This document shows, one piece after another, positions 1 to 11,244 of a stretch of 64,000 nucleotides of DNA. A model generated the notes under the pieces. That model searched no databases. It was not told the DNA's origin and saw only the letters and a program-made list of their open reading frames with translations. Position 1 is the first letter of the stretch. Every line of letters starts with the position of its first letter. A program made the position numbers and the translations under genes. The stretch is from NCBI GenBank assembly GCA_963708175.1, contig CAVPSD010000006.1, positions 640,538-704,537 of the forward strand, given 5' to 3'. This DNA comes from an uncultured Acidimicrobiales bacterium (GTDB lineage: Bacteria; Actinomycetota; Acidimicrobiia; Acidimicrobiales; DATKAS01).

Positions 1-500
1 GCACTACCGCATTCGGGACTTTCCTGGACTCGAAGAGGTCTTTCAGGCGTCGCCACCAGGGCCCGCCCGCTCGTTCCCGCCTCTCCGTACTGCGGACACG
101 CACGGGCCCGCGTTGATGGCGATCGCGATGGTGGACATCTGCGGCTCCGGGCACACCATCCAACAGCTCGATGAACGCGAGGTGGTCGCGTTGAGTAAGC
201 AGTGGGTCACGTCGACGCGCCGCCTCGCTGAGGTGCATGGCGCGGCCGCTCTCAAGCTCTTGGGCGACGGATGTGTCGCTGCCTTCGAGGATCCCCTTGC
301 CTGCGTCGCGTTCGCCCAGGACTTCCGCGCATCTGCTGCCGCGGAAGGCTTCGAGATCAGGGCCGGGATCGACGTGGGCAGGGTCGAGCTCACCGACGGC
401 GAGATCATCGGGATGGCTGTGTACCGCGCCAGTGTGTTGGAGCGAGAGGCCGCACCCGGCCAGATCGCGTTGAGCCAGTTGGCGAGCGAGCTCGTCGGTG

Positions 501-2045
<1,545 letters not shown>

Positions 2046-2088
2046 GACGCGCCGAAAGTAGGGTCGTCGGCACACGACCGGGGGACCG

Positions 2089-3219
2089 ATGACAGACATC
2101 AAGGGCACGTGCGACCCGCGCTTCGAGAGCGTCAAGCAGGCGTTCGCGAGCAACTTCGACCAAGGGCTGGATGTCGGGGCGTCGGTGGCCGTCGTCCTCG
2201 AAGGTGAGCTCGTCGTCGACCTCTGGGGCGGCCATGCCGACGAGGCGAAGACCAAGCCGTGGGAGCGCGACACCATCATCAACGTCTGGTCCACGACCAA
2301 GACGATGACGGCGCTCTGTGCGCTGATGCTGGCCGACCGCGGTGAGCTCGACCTGCACGGCAAGGTTGCGACGTATTGGCCCGAGTTCGCGGCCAACGGC
2401 AAGGCGGACATCGAGGTGAGCCATCTGATGGCGCACTCGGCGGGTCTCTCGGGCTGGCAGGAGCCGATCGTGCCCGAAGATCTCTATGACTGGGAGAAGG
2501 CCACGTCGCTGCTTGCCGCGCAGGCTCCGCTCTGGGAGCCCGGCACCGCGTCCGGGTACCACGCGATCACGCAGGGCTACCTCGTCGGCGAGGTCGTGCG
2601 CCGCATCGCGGGCGAGTCAGTCGGCACGTTCTTCGCGAAGGAAGTCGCCGGGCCGCTCGGCGCGGACTTCCACATCGGCACACCGGCCGAGTGCGACGAC
2701 CGGATCGCGCTCGTGATCCCGCCGCCGCCGCTGCCGATCCCCGAGAACCCGAGCGAGATCATCCTCAAGACGTTCGCCAACCCGCCGATGGACGCCGCCC
2801 AGTCGTGGACTGTGCCCTGGCGCCGGGCGGAGATCCCGGCGGCCGGTGGCCATGGGAATGCTCGCTCGGTCGCGCTCGTGCAGTCGGCGCTGTCGTGCGG
2901 AGGCGAGGCGAACGGCGTGCGCCTCCTGTCCGCCAAGGGTTGTGAGGTCGCACTCGAGAAGCAGATCAGCGGCATCGACCTGGTGCTCGGGCTGCCGATC
3001 ACGTTCGGCATGAACTACGGGCTCAATTCCGCGGACCTGCCGATCAGCCCGAATCCCCGGGCCTGCTTCTGGGGAGGTTGGGGTGGCTCGATCATCGTGA
3101 ACGACCTCGACGCGCACATGTCCGTCGCCTATGTCATGAACCGGATGGGCGAAGGGACGATGGGCGACCCCCGTGGCCTCGGGATCGTCATGGGAGCGTT
3201 CGCCGGCCTCGCCTCCTGA
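2089..3219 (+). CDS. serine hydrolase, beta-lactamase/esterase (class C-like) family
   Basis: 376-aa ORF. S-x-x-K nucleophile motif STTK after WSTTK. The HLMAHSAGLSGW and YHAITQGYLVGE segments are typical of EstB/beta-lactamase-related esterases. Confidence 0.8.
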   Translation: MTDIKGTCDPRFESVKQAFASNFDQGLDVGASVAVVLEGELVVDLWGGHADEAKTKPWERDTIINVWSTTKTMTALCALMLADRGELDLHGKVATYWPEFAANGKADIEVSHLMAHSAGLSGWQEPIVPEDLYDWEKATSLLAAQAPLWEPGTASGYHAITQGYLVGEVVRRIAGESVGTFFAKEVAGPLGADFHIGTPAECDDRIALVIPPPPLPIPENPSEIILKTFANPPMDAAQSWTVPWRRAEIPAAGGHGNARSVALVQSALSCGGEANGVRLLSAKGCEVALEKQISGIDLVLGLPITFGMNYGLNSADLPISPNPRACFWGGWGGSIIVNDLDAHMSVAYVMNRMGEGTMGDPRGLGIVMGAFAGLAS

Positions 3220-3271
3220 CGTTTGCCGCGGCGCCATCTCGCGTTCACCTCGACCGATCAGACTCGGCGAG

Positions 3272-3628
3272 ATGACCGTGCGGGGTGTTTTCATCAACGC
3301 GAGGAAGACGAGGGAGGTCGCCGCCGGCGACACGATCTTCGTGCAGGGTGACGAGGGCGACTACATGTACGGCGTCGTCAGTGGTGAGGTCGAGCTGCGA
3401 GTCGGCGACCACACCGTCGAAAAGGCCGGCGAGGGCGACGTGTTCGGCGAGATGGCCCTGATCGACAAGTCGCCACGCGCGGCTACCGCGGTCGCGACCG
3501 CGGACACGGCTCTCGCGATGATCGATCAGCGCGAGTTCATGTTCCTCGTCCACGAGACGCCGATGTTCGCCCTCCAGGTGATGTCGTCACTCGCCGATCG
3601 CCTCCGCAAGCTCGACACCAACCTCTAG
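3272..3628 (+). CDS. cyclic nucleotide-binding domain protein (single domain, 118 aa)
   Basis: ORF 3173..3628 trimmed to ATG 3272 (MTVRGVF). cNMP-binding cassette GDVFGEMALID...RAATAVA (G-E...R-[ST]-A). Confidence 0.75.
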   Translation: MTVRGVFINARKTREVAAGDTIFVQGDEGDYMYGVVSGEVELRVGDHTVEKAGEGDVFGEMALIDKSPRAATAVATADTALAMIDQREFMFLVHETPMFALQVMSSLADRLRKLDTNL

Positions 3629-4008
3629 GAATGAGGCATCGCCCCGCCGGTGTGCGCGAACGTCTTGTTGACGATCTTCCACGCACCGTCGATGCGCGCC
3701 AGTGAGAAGTAGTCGACGAACGACACCTCTCCCCAGCAACCCTCCTCCGCAAGGGTCGCGACCGCGGCATCGCCCACCTGCTCGATCGAGGTGATCTCCG
3801 CCTTGTAGGTGCCCGCCACGTTCATCGGCGCCGAGGCCGCGATCTCGAAGAACTGCTGGATCGGCATGTCGAATCGGCTGCCCTCGACATGACCGAACAT
3901 CCGGGCGTCGTCGTGGAACGCCTCCTTGAGCTTGCCGGCGTCGCCGTCGGCGCTCCCGTCGACGTAGAGCTGGATCACCTGAGCGATCGCGTCACGATCC
4001 GCTGTCAT
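3625..4008 (-). CDS. NTF2-like / SnoaL-type small protein
   Basis: 127-aa ORF with ATGA overlap with the upstream PhyH gene (4005..4008). The IQLYVDG..FHDDARMFG..ARIDGAWKIVNKTF pattern fits the NTF2-like fold. No closer assignment. Confidence 0.6.
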   Translation of the reverse strand: MTADRDAIAQVIQLYVDGSADGDAGKLKEAFHDDARMFGHVEGSRFDMPIQQFFEIAASAPMNVAGTYKAEITSIEQVGDAAVATLAEEGCWGEVSFVDYFSLARIDGAWKIVNKTFAHTGGAMPHS

Positions 4009-4793
4009 GCCTGGACCTCCGTAGTGATGTAGCGACGGGGATGGCGGCCGTCAACGTAGCCGAGGAACGGCGGGTAGATGTTGTAGCCCAGAAGCTCCTG
4101 GAGGCGCTCGGGCAGGTCCGCTGCCACTGCCCTCGGCACGGCGAGCAGGTGCGTCTCCTGGGGACGGAGCCACGCGGCGACGTACTCGAGGATCACGCCG
4201 AGGCGCGGCGTAGAGGTGGTGTTGGCTCCCCCGCCGTGGAAGACCTTCCCGCCGTAGAAGATCACCGAACCCGCGGGCATCACGGCATCGACGACGGTGT
4301 CGCGGCGCTCGGGCGTGCGGTCCACCCATCGGTGGCTCCCAGGGACGATCCGCGTCGCGCCGTTCTCCACGGTGAAGTCGTCGAGCGCCCACATCGTGTT
4401 CAGGACGACATCCCGGAAGTCGCGCGGCAGGGGGTAGACGCTGGCGTCGTAGTGCAGGACCTGTGCGTTCTCGCCTGTACCGATCTGGATCCCGGTCGGC
4501 GCAGAGAGCTGGTAGTGGCCGAGCACACGATCGAGCACGCCGAGGAGCAATGGATTGATCGCGGCTTCGTCGAAGGCACGGGTCTTGGCGAAGAGCGCGT
4601 ACACCCGACGGGTGCTGAACCCTTCGAAGTCGTTGCGGCCGAAGGGCAGCTCGTCGACCACCTCCTTCAGCGACGCCTTGGCAGTCGCGACCTCATGGGA
4701 CGACAGCATCCCCTCGACGATGGCGTAACCATCCTCATCGAGAGCGCCGACCACGTCGTCGACGGTGACGGTGGACGCCTGGAAGCGGGTCAT
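4005..4793 (-). CDS. phytanoyl-CoA dioxygenase (PhyH) family Fe(II)/2-oxoglutarate oxygenase
   Basis: 262-aa ORF. Candidate facial triad H-x-D in VLHYDAS and distal His in KVFHGGGAN. ENGATRIVPGSH is characteristic of PhyH-family proteins. Confidence 0.8.
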   Translation of the reverse strand: MTRFQASTVTVDDVVGALDEDGYAIVEGMLSSHEVATAKASLKEVVDELPFGRNDFEGFSTRRVYALFAKTRAFDEAAINPLLLGVLDRVLGHYQLSAPTGIQIGTGENAQVLHYDASVYPLPRDFRDVVLNTMWALDDFTVENGATRIVPGSHRWVDRTPERRDTVVDAVMPAGSVIFYGGKVFHGGGANTTSTPRLGVILEYVAAWLRPQETHLLAVPRAVAADLPERLQELLGYNIYPPFLGYVDGRHPRRYITTEVQA

Positions 4794-4830
4794 CTCCCAT
4801 GCACCCTACGACCGCGGGTCAAGATGCGAC

Positions 4831-5799
4831 ATGGGCTGGGAGCAAGACGCCGAGGGTGTGCTCGTGGGTGGCCTCGAGCCGGTGGCCGAAATCCTGATCG
4901 TGGACTACGACCCGGGCTGGCCGGGACGGTTCGAGGACGAGCGCGCCCGCATCGACGCCGCCCTCGGCGACCACGCGTTGCGGGTCGAGCACATCGGCTC
5001 GACGTCCGTCCCGGGGCTCGCGGCCAAGCCGATCGTCGACATCCTCCTCGTCGTCGCGGACGTCGAGGATGATGCGGTGTTCGGCCCCGCGCTCGAGGCC
5101 GCCGGCTACGAGCTGCGGGTGCGCGAGCCCGATCACCGGATGTTCCGCACGCCGGCGCGAGATGTCCACGTGCACGTGTACGCGCAAGGGTCGCACGAGA
5201 TCGTCGACTACCTCGACTTGAGGGACTGGCTTAGAGAGGATGCCGAAGGCCGCGTCCGCTACACCTCGGTGAAGCGCTCGCTCGCCACGCAGTCGTGGCG
5301 CGACATGAACGAGTACGCCGACGCGAAGTCACCGGTCGTGAGCGACACGTTGAGGCGTGCCCGCGAGTGGCGGTGCAGCCGGCATCGCGCAGTGGTGCGC
5401 CGGCTCTTCGACGAGGTCTGGAACGGCCGGCAGCTCGGGCTCGTCGACGAGCTCTACGCGGCGGACGTCGTGTTCGACTACACGCCCTACGCACCCGTCG
5501 GGCACGGCCGCGAGACGATCCGCGAGTCGCTTCAGCGGGCATGGAGCGCGTTCCCCGACTATGACGAAGAGTTGCTGTCGCTGACCGCTGAGGGTTGGCG
5601 GGTCGCGATGCATCTGCGGATCACCGGCACCCAATCGGGTCAGTGGGGATCGTTGCCGCCGACGGGCAAGCGGCTCGAGTTCGAGGAGATGGCGGTGCTT
5701 CACTTCGACAGCGAGGGACGCGTCGCACATCAGCGGGGGATCGTCGACAACCTGAACGCGCTGCGTCAAGCGGGCGTCATCCCGACACCGCGGTCATGA
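4831..5799 (+). CDS. GrpB domain fused to SnoaL-like ester-cyclase domain
   Basis: ORF 4765..5799 trimmed to ATG 4831. The N-terminal half has GrpB signatures (YDPGWP, HIGSTSVPGLAAKPIVDI, HVHVY). The C-terminal half is SnoaL/ester-cyclase-like (RRLFDEVWNGR, YTPYAPVGHGRE, GIVDNLNALRQAG). Confidence 0.65.
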   Translation: MGWEQDAEGVLVGGLEPVAEILIVDYDPGWPGRFEDERARIDAALGDHALRVEHIGSTSVPGLAAKPIVDILLVVADVEDDAVFGPALEAAGYELRVREPDHRMFRTPARDVHVHVYAQGSHEIVDYLDLRDWLREDAEGRVRYTSVKRSLATQSWRDMNEYADAKSPVVSDTLRRAREWRCSRHRAVVRRLFDEVWNGRQLGLVDELYAADVVFDYTPYAPVGHGRETIRESLQRAWSAFPDYDEELLSLTAEGWRVAMHLRITGTQSGQWGSLPPTGKRLEFEEMAVLHFDSEGRVAHQRGIVDNLNALRQAGVIPTPRS

Positions 5800-6739
5800 A
5801 CCGGTCGAGCTCGTCGGGGATGTGGGGCCCCGCTGGCTGATAGGCGATCTCCGTCGCACCGGCGGCCTCGAGCGACGCGACGTGGTCGCGCCACTGGTCC
5901 GCCGAACGGGCGACGCCGAACATCGTCAACGTCTCCCCCGTGACGACGAGCCGGTCGCGCTCGTTCGCCTCGATCAGGTGGCCTTCGTGAAGCGCGAGGT
6001 GGCGTTCGTCCTCGGGGACGGCTTCGAGCGCGGCCACCCACTCGTCGCCCTTCGGCAGGGTGGCGGCGGCACCTCGGAGATGGAGAGCGTGGTAGATCAG
6101 CGCGGCTGCGTGGCCCGCGGCTTCCATGCACCGCTCGCTCCCTGGGTCCTCGTCGGGGTCGAGCACGGTCCCGAACGCAAGGATCGAGCATCTCTCGAAC
6201 CCATTGGTCGGCTGCGTCGCAAAGATCCCGTCGGCGAGATCACGGGCAACGGCTTCGCCCTTCGGGCCGCCGGTGCCGAGGATGATCGGGACCCGGATGG
6301 GCCGCGCCGCGCCAAACCCCGACGGGTGCAGCATTCGGATGCGCGCGCCCTCCCATGACGTCGTCTCGCCGGCAAGGAGCGCGATGACCACCTCCACGTA
6401 CTCACGCACATAGGACCACGGCAACGGCTTCTGCCCGAGCGTGAGGCGCCCGGTGAACCCGGATCCGAGTGCGAGGTTCACTCGGCCCGGTGCGATCTCG
6501 CAGAGGGTCCCGACAGCCGACGCCGTGACCATCGGATGACGCAGCGACGGGATGGCGACGCCCGGCCCGAGCTCGATCGTCGAAGTCCGCCGTGCGCACT
6601 CGGCGAGCGTCATCCACACGTCGGGATACAGCGCCGGCGAGTCGTAGAGCCACGCTCGGCGATAGCCGAGCTGTTCGGCCGCAGCCACGTGGTCGGGTGT
6701 AGCCATCGACGTTGCGAACGCGCACGAGATGTCGAGCAT
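5777..6739 (-). CDS. LLM-class (luciferase-like) flavin/F420-dependent oxidoreductase
   Basis: ORF 5777..6826 trimmed to ATG 6739 (MLDISCAF). There is a 1-nt TGATG overlap with the stop of the upstream gene. AEQLGYRRAWLYDSP and NLALGSGFTGR are typical of the LLM family. The cofactor is a family-level guess. Confidence 0.7.
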   Translation of the reverse strand: MLDISCAFATSMATPDHVAAAEQLGYRRAWLYDSPALYPDVWMTLAECARRTSTIELGPGVAIPSLRHPMVTASAVGTLCEIAPGRVNLALGSGFTGRLTLGQKPLPWSYVREYVEVVIALLAGETTSWEGARIRMLHPSGFGAARPIRVPIILGTGGPKGEAVARDLADGIFATQPTNGFERCSILAFGTVLDPDEDPGSERCMEAAGHAAALIYHALHLRGAAATLPKGDEWVAALEAVPEDERHLALHEGHLIEANERDRLVVTGETLTMFGVARSADQWRDHVASLEAAGATEIAYQPAGPHIPDELDRFMTAVSG

Positions 6740-7128
6740 CAGCGTGGCGATTCGAGCGCCGCGAGCATTGCGGGCGTGTCGATCGAGAAGTGCGCGGCGA
6801 CGGCCTTGCCCTCGCGGATCGTCCACCGGTGGACCTCGGGGATGTCGAACGGCGTGCCGTGGGCGACCGTCGTCCCCTTCGTGTGACCGACCTGGATCAC
6901 GTCGCCATCCGCCGTGAACATCTCATGGGTCGTGACCGCTGACTGGATCGCCCCGGTCAGCGCTCCGGCGAACGCGAGGAAGCCGGGATGCCCGACGTGG
7001 CGGCCGCCCCACGGCAGCCGATCGTCCTGGGTGATGACGCAGGACTCGTCGATGAGCTTGGCGAGCGTGTCCACGTCGCGGCCTGCCATGGCGGCGTAGA
7101 TCTGCTGCACGACTTCGATGTCCGACAT
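6739..7128 (-). CDS. SnoaL-like / NTF2-fold protein
   Basis: ORF 6739..7218 trimmed to ATG 7128 (MSDIEVVQQIYAAMAGRD). The N-terminal helix and C-terminal WTIREGKAVAAHFSID fit the SnoaL-like fold. Confidence 0.6.
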   Translation of the reverse strand: MSDIEVVQQIYAAMAGRDVDTLAKLIDESCVITQDDRLPWGGRHVGHPGFLAFAGALTGAIQSAVTTHEMFTADGDVIQVGHTKGTTVAHGTPFDIPEVHRWTIREGKAVAAHFSIDTPAMLAALESPR

Positions 7129-7153
7129 CGGAGCATCCTGACACCCGGGTGTG

Positions 7154-7167
7154 CGAACATATGTTCG
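7154..7167. promoter_or_regulatory. LexA/SOS box (GAAC-N4-GTTC palindrome) overlapping the dinB start codon
   Basis: CGAACATATGTTCG is a perfect 14-nt palindrome. Its core GAAC-N4-GTTC matches the Gram-positive/actinobacterial LexA operator. The central ATG (7161) is the dinB start. Confidence 0.6.
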
Positions 7168-8357
7168 TGCGGGCCGATGCCACGATCCTCCACGCCGATC
7201 TGGACTCGTTTTACGCATCAGTCGAGCAGCGCGACGACCCGTCGCTGAGGGGCAAGCCCGTCATCGTCGGCGGTGGCGTCGTGCTGGCCGCGAGCTACGA
7301 GGCCAAGGCCTTCGGGATCCACACGCCGATGGGCGGCCGGGAAGCGCGCCAGATGTGCCCGAACCTCATCGAGGTCTCACCCCGGTTCTCTGCGTACTCC
7401 GACGCGAGCAAAGCCGTGTTCGAGATCTTCAACGACACGACTCCCCTCGTCGAGGGGATCTCGATCGACGAAGCGTTTCTGGACGTGGGTGGGCTGCGCC
7501 GGGTGTCCGGCACGCCGACCCAGATCGCGATCCGGCTCCGCGACCGTGTGCAGGACGAGGTCGGCCTGCCGATCACCGTCGGTGTCGCCCGCACGAAGTT
7601 CTTGGCGAAGGTCGCGAGCCGCGTCGCCAAGCCCGATGGCTTGCTCGTCGTGCGGCCCGAGCGCGAGCTCGCGTTCCTGCATCCGCTGCCCGTCGAACGG
7701 CTGTGGGGCGTGGGCATCAAGACCGCCACCAAGCTGCACGACCGCGGCATCGACACGGTCGCCGACGTGGCACGCCTCGAGCAGTCAACGCTGATGTCGA
7801 TCCTCGGCCCTCACGCTGGTCGGCATCTCCACGCCCTCGCCCACAACTACGACCCCCGACCCGTCGAGGTCGGTCGGCGCCGGCGCTCGATCGGCTCGCA
7901 GCGAGCGATCGGGTGGCGCGCCAAGGCGCCCGGAGAGATCGAGGCGACCCTGGCGGGTCTGGTCGACAGGGTCACGCGCCGACTGCGCGTGGCCAATCGG
8001 GTCGGCCGCACAGTCGTGCTGCGCATGCGCTTCGAGGACTGGTCGCGCGCGACGCGCTCGCACACGATGGCGCGGCCGACCGCGCTCACCGAACCCATCC
8101 TCGAGACCGCGCGTGGCCTGCTCGCCGACGTGCAGCCCCTGATCGACGATCAGGGGCTCACGCTCATCGGCATCGCCGTGATGAACCTCGACGACGACGA
8201 TGCCGTGCAGCTGCCGCTCCCATTCGACCGCCGCACCGCGAGCCGCCTCGACGCCGCGCTCGACGAGGTGCGCGACAAGTTCGGGTCCGCCGCGGTGAGC
8301 CGAGCCGGACAGCTCGGCCACGACCCCGGGTTCGCGCCGCCCCTGCTGCCCGACTGA
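7161..8357 (+). CDS. dinB: DNA polymerase IV (Y-family translesion polymerase)
   Basis: MFVRADATILHADLDSFYASVEQRDDP, SIDEAFLDV and GVARTKFLAKVAS are Y-family hallmarks. An alternative GTG start lies at 7149. Confidence 0.85.
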   Translation: MFVRADATILHADLDSFYASVEQRDDPSLRGKPVIVGGGVVLAASYEAKAFGIHTPMGGREARQMCPNLIEVSPRFSAYSDASKAVFEIFNDTTPLVEGISIDEAFLDVGGLRRVSGTPTQIAIRLRDRVQDEVGLPITVGVARTKFLAKVASRVAKPDGLLVVRPERELAFLHPLPVERLWGVGIKTATKLHDRGIDTVADVARLEQSTLMSILGPHAGRHLHALAHNYDPRPVEVGRRRRSIGSQRAIGWRAKAPGEIEATLAGLVDRVTRRLRVANRVGRTVVLRMRFEDWSRATRSHTMARPTALTEPILETARGLLADVQPLIDDQGLTLIGIAVMNLDDDDAVQLPLPFDRRTASRLDAALDEVRDKFGSAAVSRAGQLGHDPGFAPPLLPD

Positions 8358-8382
8358 TCGGTGGCTGTGCCAGTGTCTCGGG

Positions 8383-9391
8383 ATGCGGGTCGGGACGGCG
8401 GTGGCGGTGCTGCTGTTTCTCGCGGCCTGCTCGGAGTCGTCCCTGTCGGCACCGACGACAGTGCCGGCGACGACGGCGGCCGTGACGACCAGGGCCACCC
8501 CAACGACCGCGGGCACCACGACGACGACCATCGCTGCGCCCGAGGTGGAGAGCGTCATCGACGTCGGCGGCACGCAGCTGCTCGGTCTCGCGGTGACGAG
8601 CGATGCCGTGTGGCCGGTGTCCTACGACGCAGGCACGATCAGCCGCGTCGATCCGACGACGAACGCGGTGACAACCGCATACGCCATCCCCGGCGCGGCA
8701 TCGGCGCTGAGCGTGGCCGATGCCGTGTGGGTAGCGAGCTACGGCGGGCCTCACTCCGTCGTCGCCATCGACGCCACGACGGGAGCCATGAAGGCAAGCG
8801 TCCAAGCGGGCGAGGTCTGCTGTGATCTCACGAGCGACGACGAGGGCGACGTGTGGGCGATCGATCCCGGCGGACGGGTGCTCGAGATCAGCGATGGCGG
8901 TGTGAGCAAAGGTCTGCCCGTCGACATCGACGCGGCGAAACGCGCACACCAACGTCGTTTACGCGGGCGGCAGCCTGTGGGTCTCGAGCGACACGACCGC
9001 GATGCATCGGATCGACCCGGTCTCCGGTGCGACCGTCGACGTGGACGTCGGCGGCGGCGTGCCGTTCGTCGTGCACGAGGGACTGGTCTGGGGCGCGTCA
9101 CCGACTGAGATCTGGGCCGTGGACCCGGCCTCGGGCCAGGTCGCGGAGCGCATCCCCATCGACGGCTCGACCGAGGTGCTCTCGTTGAACTTCGACGGCG
9201 ACGGCGACATCTGGGTCGGGATCCGGCGCGCGGGGAGAGTGGGCGCAGTGCTGCAGCTCGACCGGGCGAGCGGCACGGTGAAGACCGAGCTGCGCGATGT
9301 CGACATCCCGGCGCGCATCGAGTTCGGGTTCGGATCGATCTGGGTCACCGATTCGGGTGGCAGCTCGCTCTACCGCATCGCGCCAACGTGA
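8383..9391 (+). pseudogene. secreted lipoprotein with beta-propeller-like repeats, frameshifted (1 extra base near 8938)
   Basis: Lipobox LFLAACS and a Thr-rich linker, then repeats of the type VWVASYG / VWAIDPGG / LWVSSDT / IWAVDPASG / IWVTDSGG. Frame 1 (8383..) reads ..GLPVDIDAA. The sequence then continues in frame 2 as NAHTNVVYAGGSLWVSSDTTAMHRIDP.. (ORF 9002..9391). The junction is at an AAA run, 8938-8940. Confidence 0.6.
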
Positions 9392-9767
9392 TCTGCGAGG
9401 CTCACGCCGTGGATCTGAACCACATGAACCTGCGGGTCCGCGATGCCGTCGCTTGCCGCGACTTCTACGTCCAGCACTTCGGGTTCAGGCCGGCGTTCGA
9501 GGTCGACGACGGCTTCTTCGTCCGCAACGACGACGGCTTCCTCCTCGCGCTCGTGCCCGCCGATCCGCACACTGCGCTTCCCGAGGGCTTCCACATCGGG
9601 TTCAACGGCGCCGACGCGGACGAGGTGCTCGCCCGCCATCGCGAGCTGTCCACCGTGGGCGTGCAGACCACCGCGGTCGTCGGGACTTCCGCCCCGACGA
9701 GCAGTACGTGACCTTCCGCTGTTGGGACCCCGACGGCACCGAGATCGAGATCTTCTGGGAGCCCTGA
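9388..9767 (+). pseudogene. VOC/glyoxalase-family protein, frameshifted (1 base missing at GGG run 9682-9684)
   Basis: GTGA overlap with the upstream gene. VDLNHMNLRVRD..FYVQHFGF is VOC-like. The C-terminal DFRPDEQYVTFRCWDPDGTEIEIFWEP is in the -1 frame (tail of ORF 9297..9767). Confidence 0.6.
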
Positions 9768-9842
9768 GTGTGCCCGGCTTCCGACTCTCTGTCGCGAAGT
9801 GCGCCACTTCTGGCGCAGTTTGCGACACAGAGCCCGAGGGAC

Positions 9843-11244
9843 TCAGACAGAGGGGCGAGGGATCGGCCGGGTCGTCTCGTAGGCGCGAGCGGCACGCAGG
9901 ACGAGCGCGTCGGCGAACATCGGGCCGACGATCTGCATGCCGATCGGAAGGCCGTCAATGGTGAGACCGCATGGGATCGTGCACGCGGGTTGCTGGGTGA
10001 GGTTGAACGGATACGAGAACGGCGTCCAGCCGAGCATCGACTCGGGCGTCATGGGCGAGTGACCCGCGGGCCTCGCCTCGAACGCGGGCACGGCGACCGC
10101 CGGAGTGACGACGAGGTCGTAGCTCAGCATGAGCTGGCGCATCGTCGACCCGAGCTCGCCGCGCCGGAGCACGAGGCGTTGCACCTCGAGGTTGCTGAGC
10201 TCTGACCCGAGGCGAGCCTCGGCGGCGAAGTCGGGGTCGGTGACCTCCTGCTGCGCTGGGGTGAGCGTGTTCCACAACGTCCACGCTCCGGTGAACCACA
10301 AGCCGGTGGTGATCGGGAGCGGATCTTCGAACCCGGGATCCCGCTCCTCCACGCGCGCTCCCAGGGCCTCGAGCTGCTTGACGCCGGCGGCCACCGCGTC
10401 GGCGACCTCAGGATGCACCTTCGCATGGCCGAGCGTCGGCGAGTAGAGCACCCGGAGCCCGTCGATCCCGTCGTCGAGGCCATCGAGGTAGTCGGCCTCA
10501 TCGGGCGGCAGCGACGTCCAGTCGCGTGCGTCGGGCTGCTTGAGCACGTTCATCATCAGCGCCGCGTCGCGCACGCTCATGGTGTGCGGCCCGATGTGCG
10601 ACACCGTGCCGAACGGTGACAGCGGATGCGCGGGGACGCTGTCCGAAGCTCGGCTTCAGCCCGAAGTTTCCGCAGAACGCCGCAGGGATGCGCACCGACC
10701 CCGCGCCGTCACTGCCGATGCTCAGCGGCGCGAGGCCAGCGGCGACGGCGGCGGCAGTGCCACCGGACGAGCCGCCGCTTGTCTTGCTCGGGTCCCACGG
10801 ATTGCGCGTGATCCCCGTCATCGGCGAGTTGGTCTCGCCCTTGCAGCCGAACTCGGGAGTCGTGGTCTTGCCGACGAACACCGCGCCGGCCTCTCGCAGA
10901 CGCGCAACCGAGGGTGCATCGACATCCCAGGCCTGGTCGGGATCGACGGTGAAGCTTCCCCGTCGCGTGGGCCACCCGTGGGTCAGGAGCAGATCCTTGA
11001 TCGACGTGGGCACACCGTCGAGAGGACCCATCGGCTCGCCGCGCTGCCAACGCGCCTCACTCACACGAGCAGAAGCGAGCGCCGATTCCTCGTCGACGAG
11101 GCAGAACGCGTTGAGCGTCGGGTTGACGACCTCGATCCGCGCGAGCACGGCCCCGGTCACCTCGACCGGTGATGCCTGGCCCGTCCGGTAGAGATCGAGC
11201 AGCTCGGTTGCGCTGCGCTGGGTGAGATCAGAAGGGGTGCTCAC
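9843..11244 (-). pseudogene. amidase (amidase-signature family), frameshifted near 10640
   Basis: N-terminal part (ORF 10498..11394, GTG 11244) has GVPTSIKDLL, GGSSGGTAAAVAAG and GSDGAGSVRIPAAFCGNFGLKPSFG. The conserved continuation VPAHPLSPFGTVSHIGPHTMSVRDAAL is in another frame (ORF 9843..10604). Removing one base from ggaCAGcgt restores SFGRVP. Confidence 0.75.
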
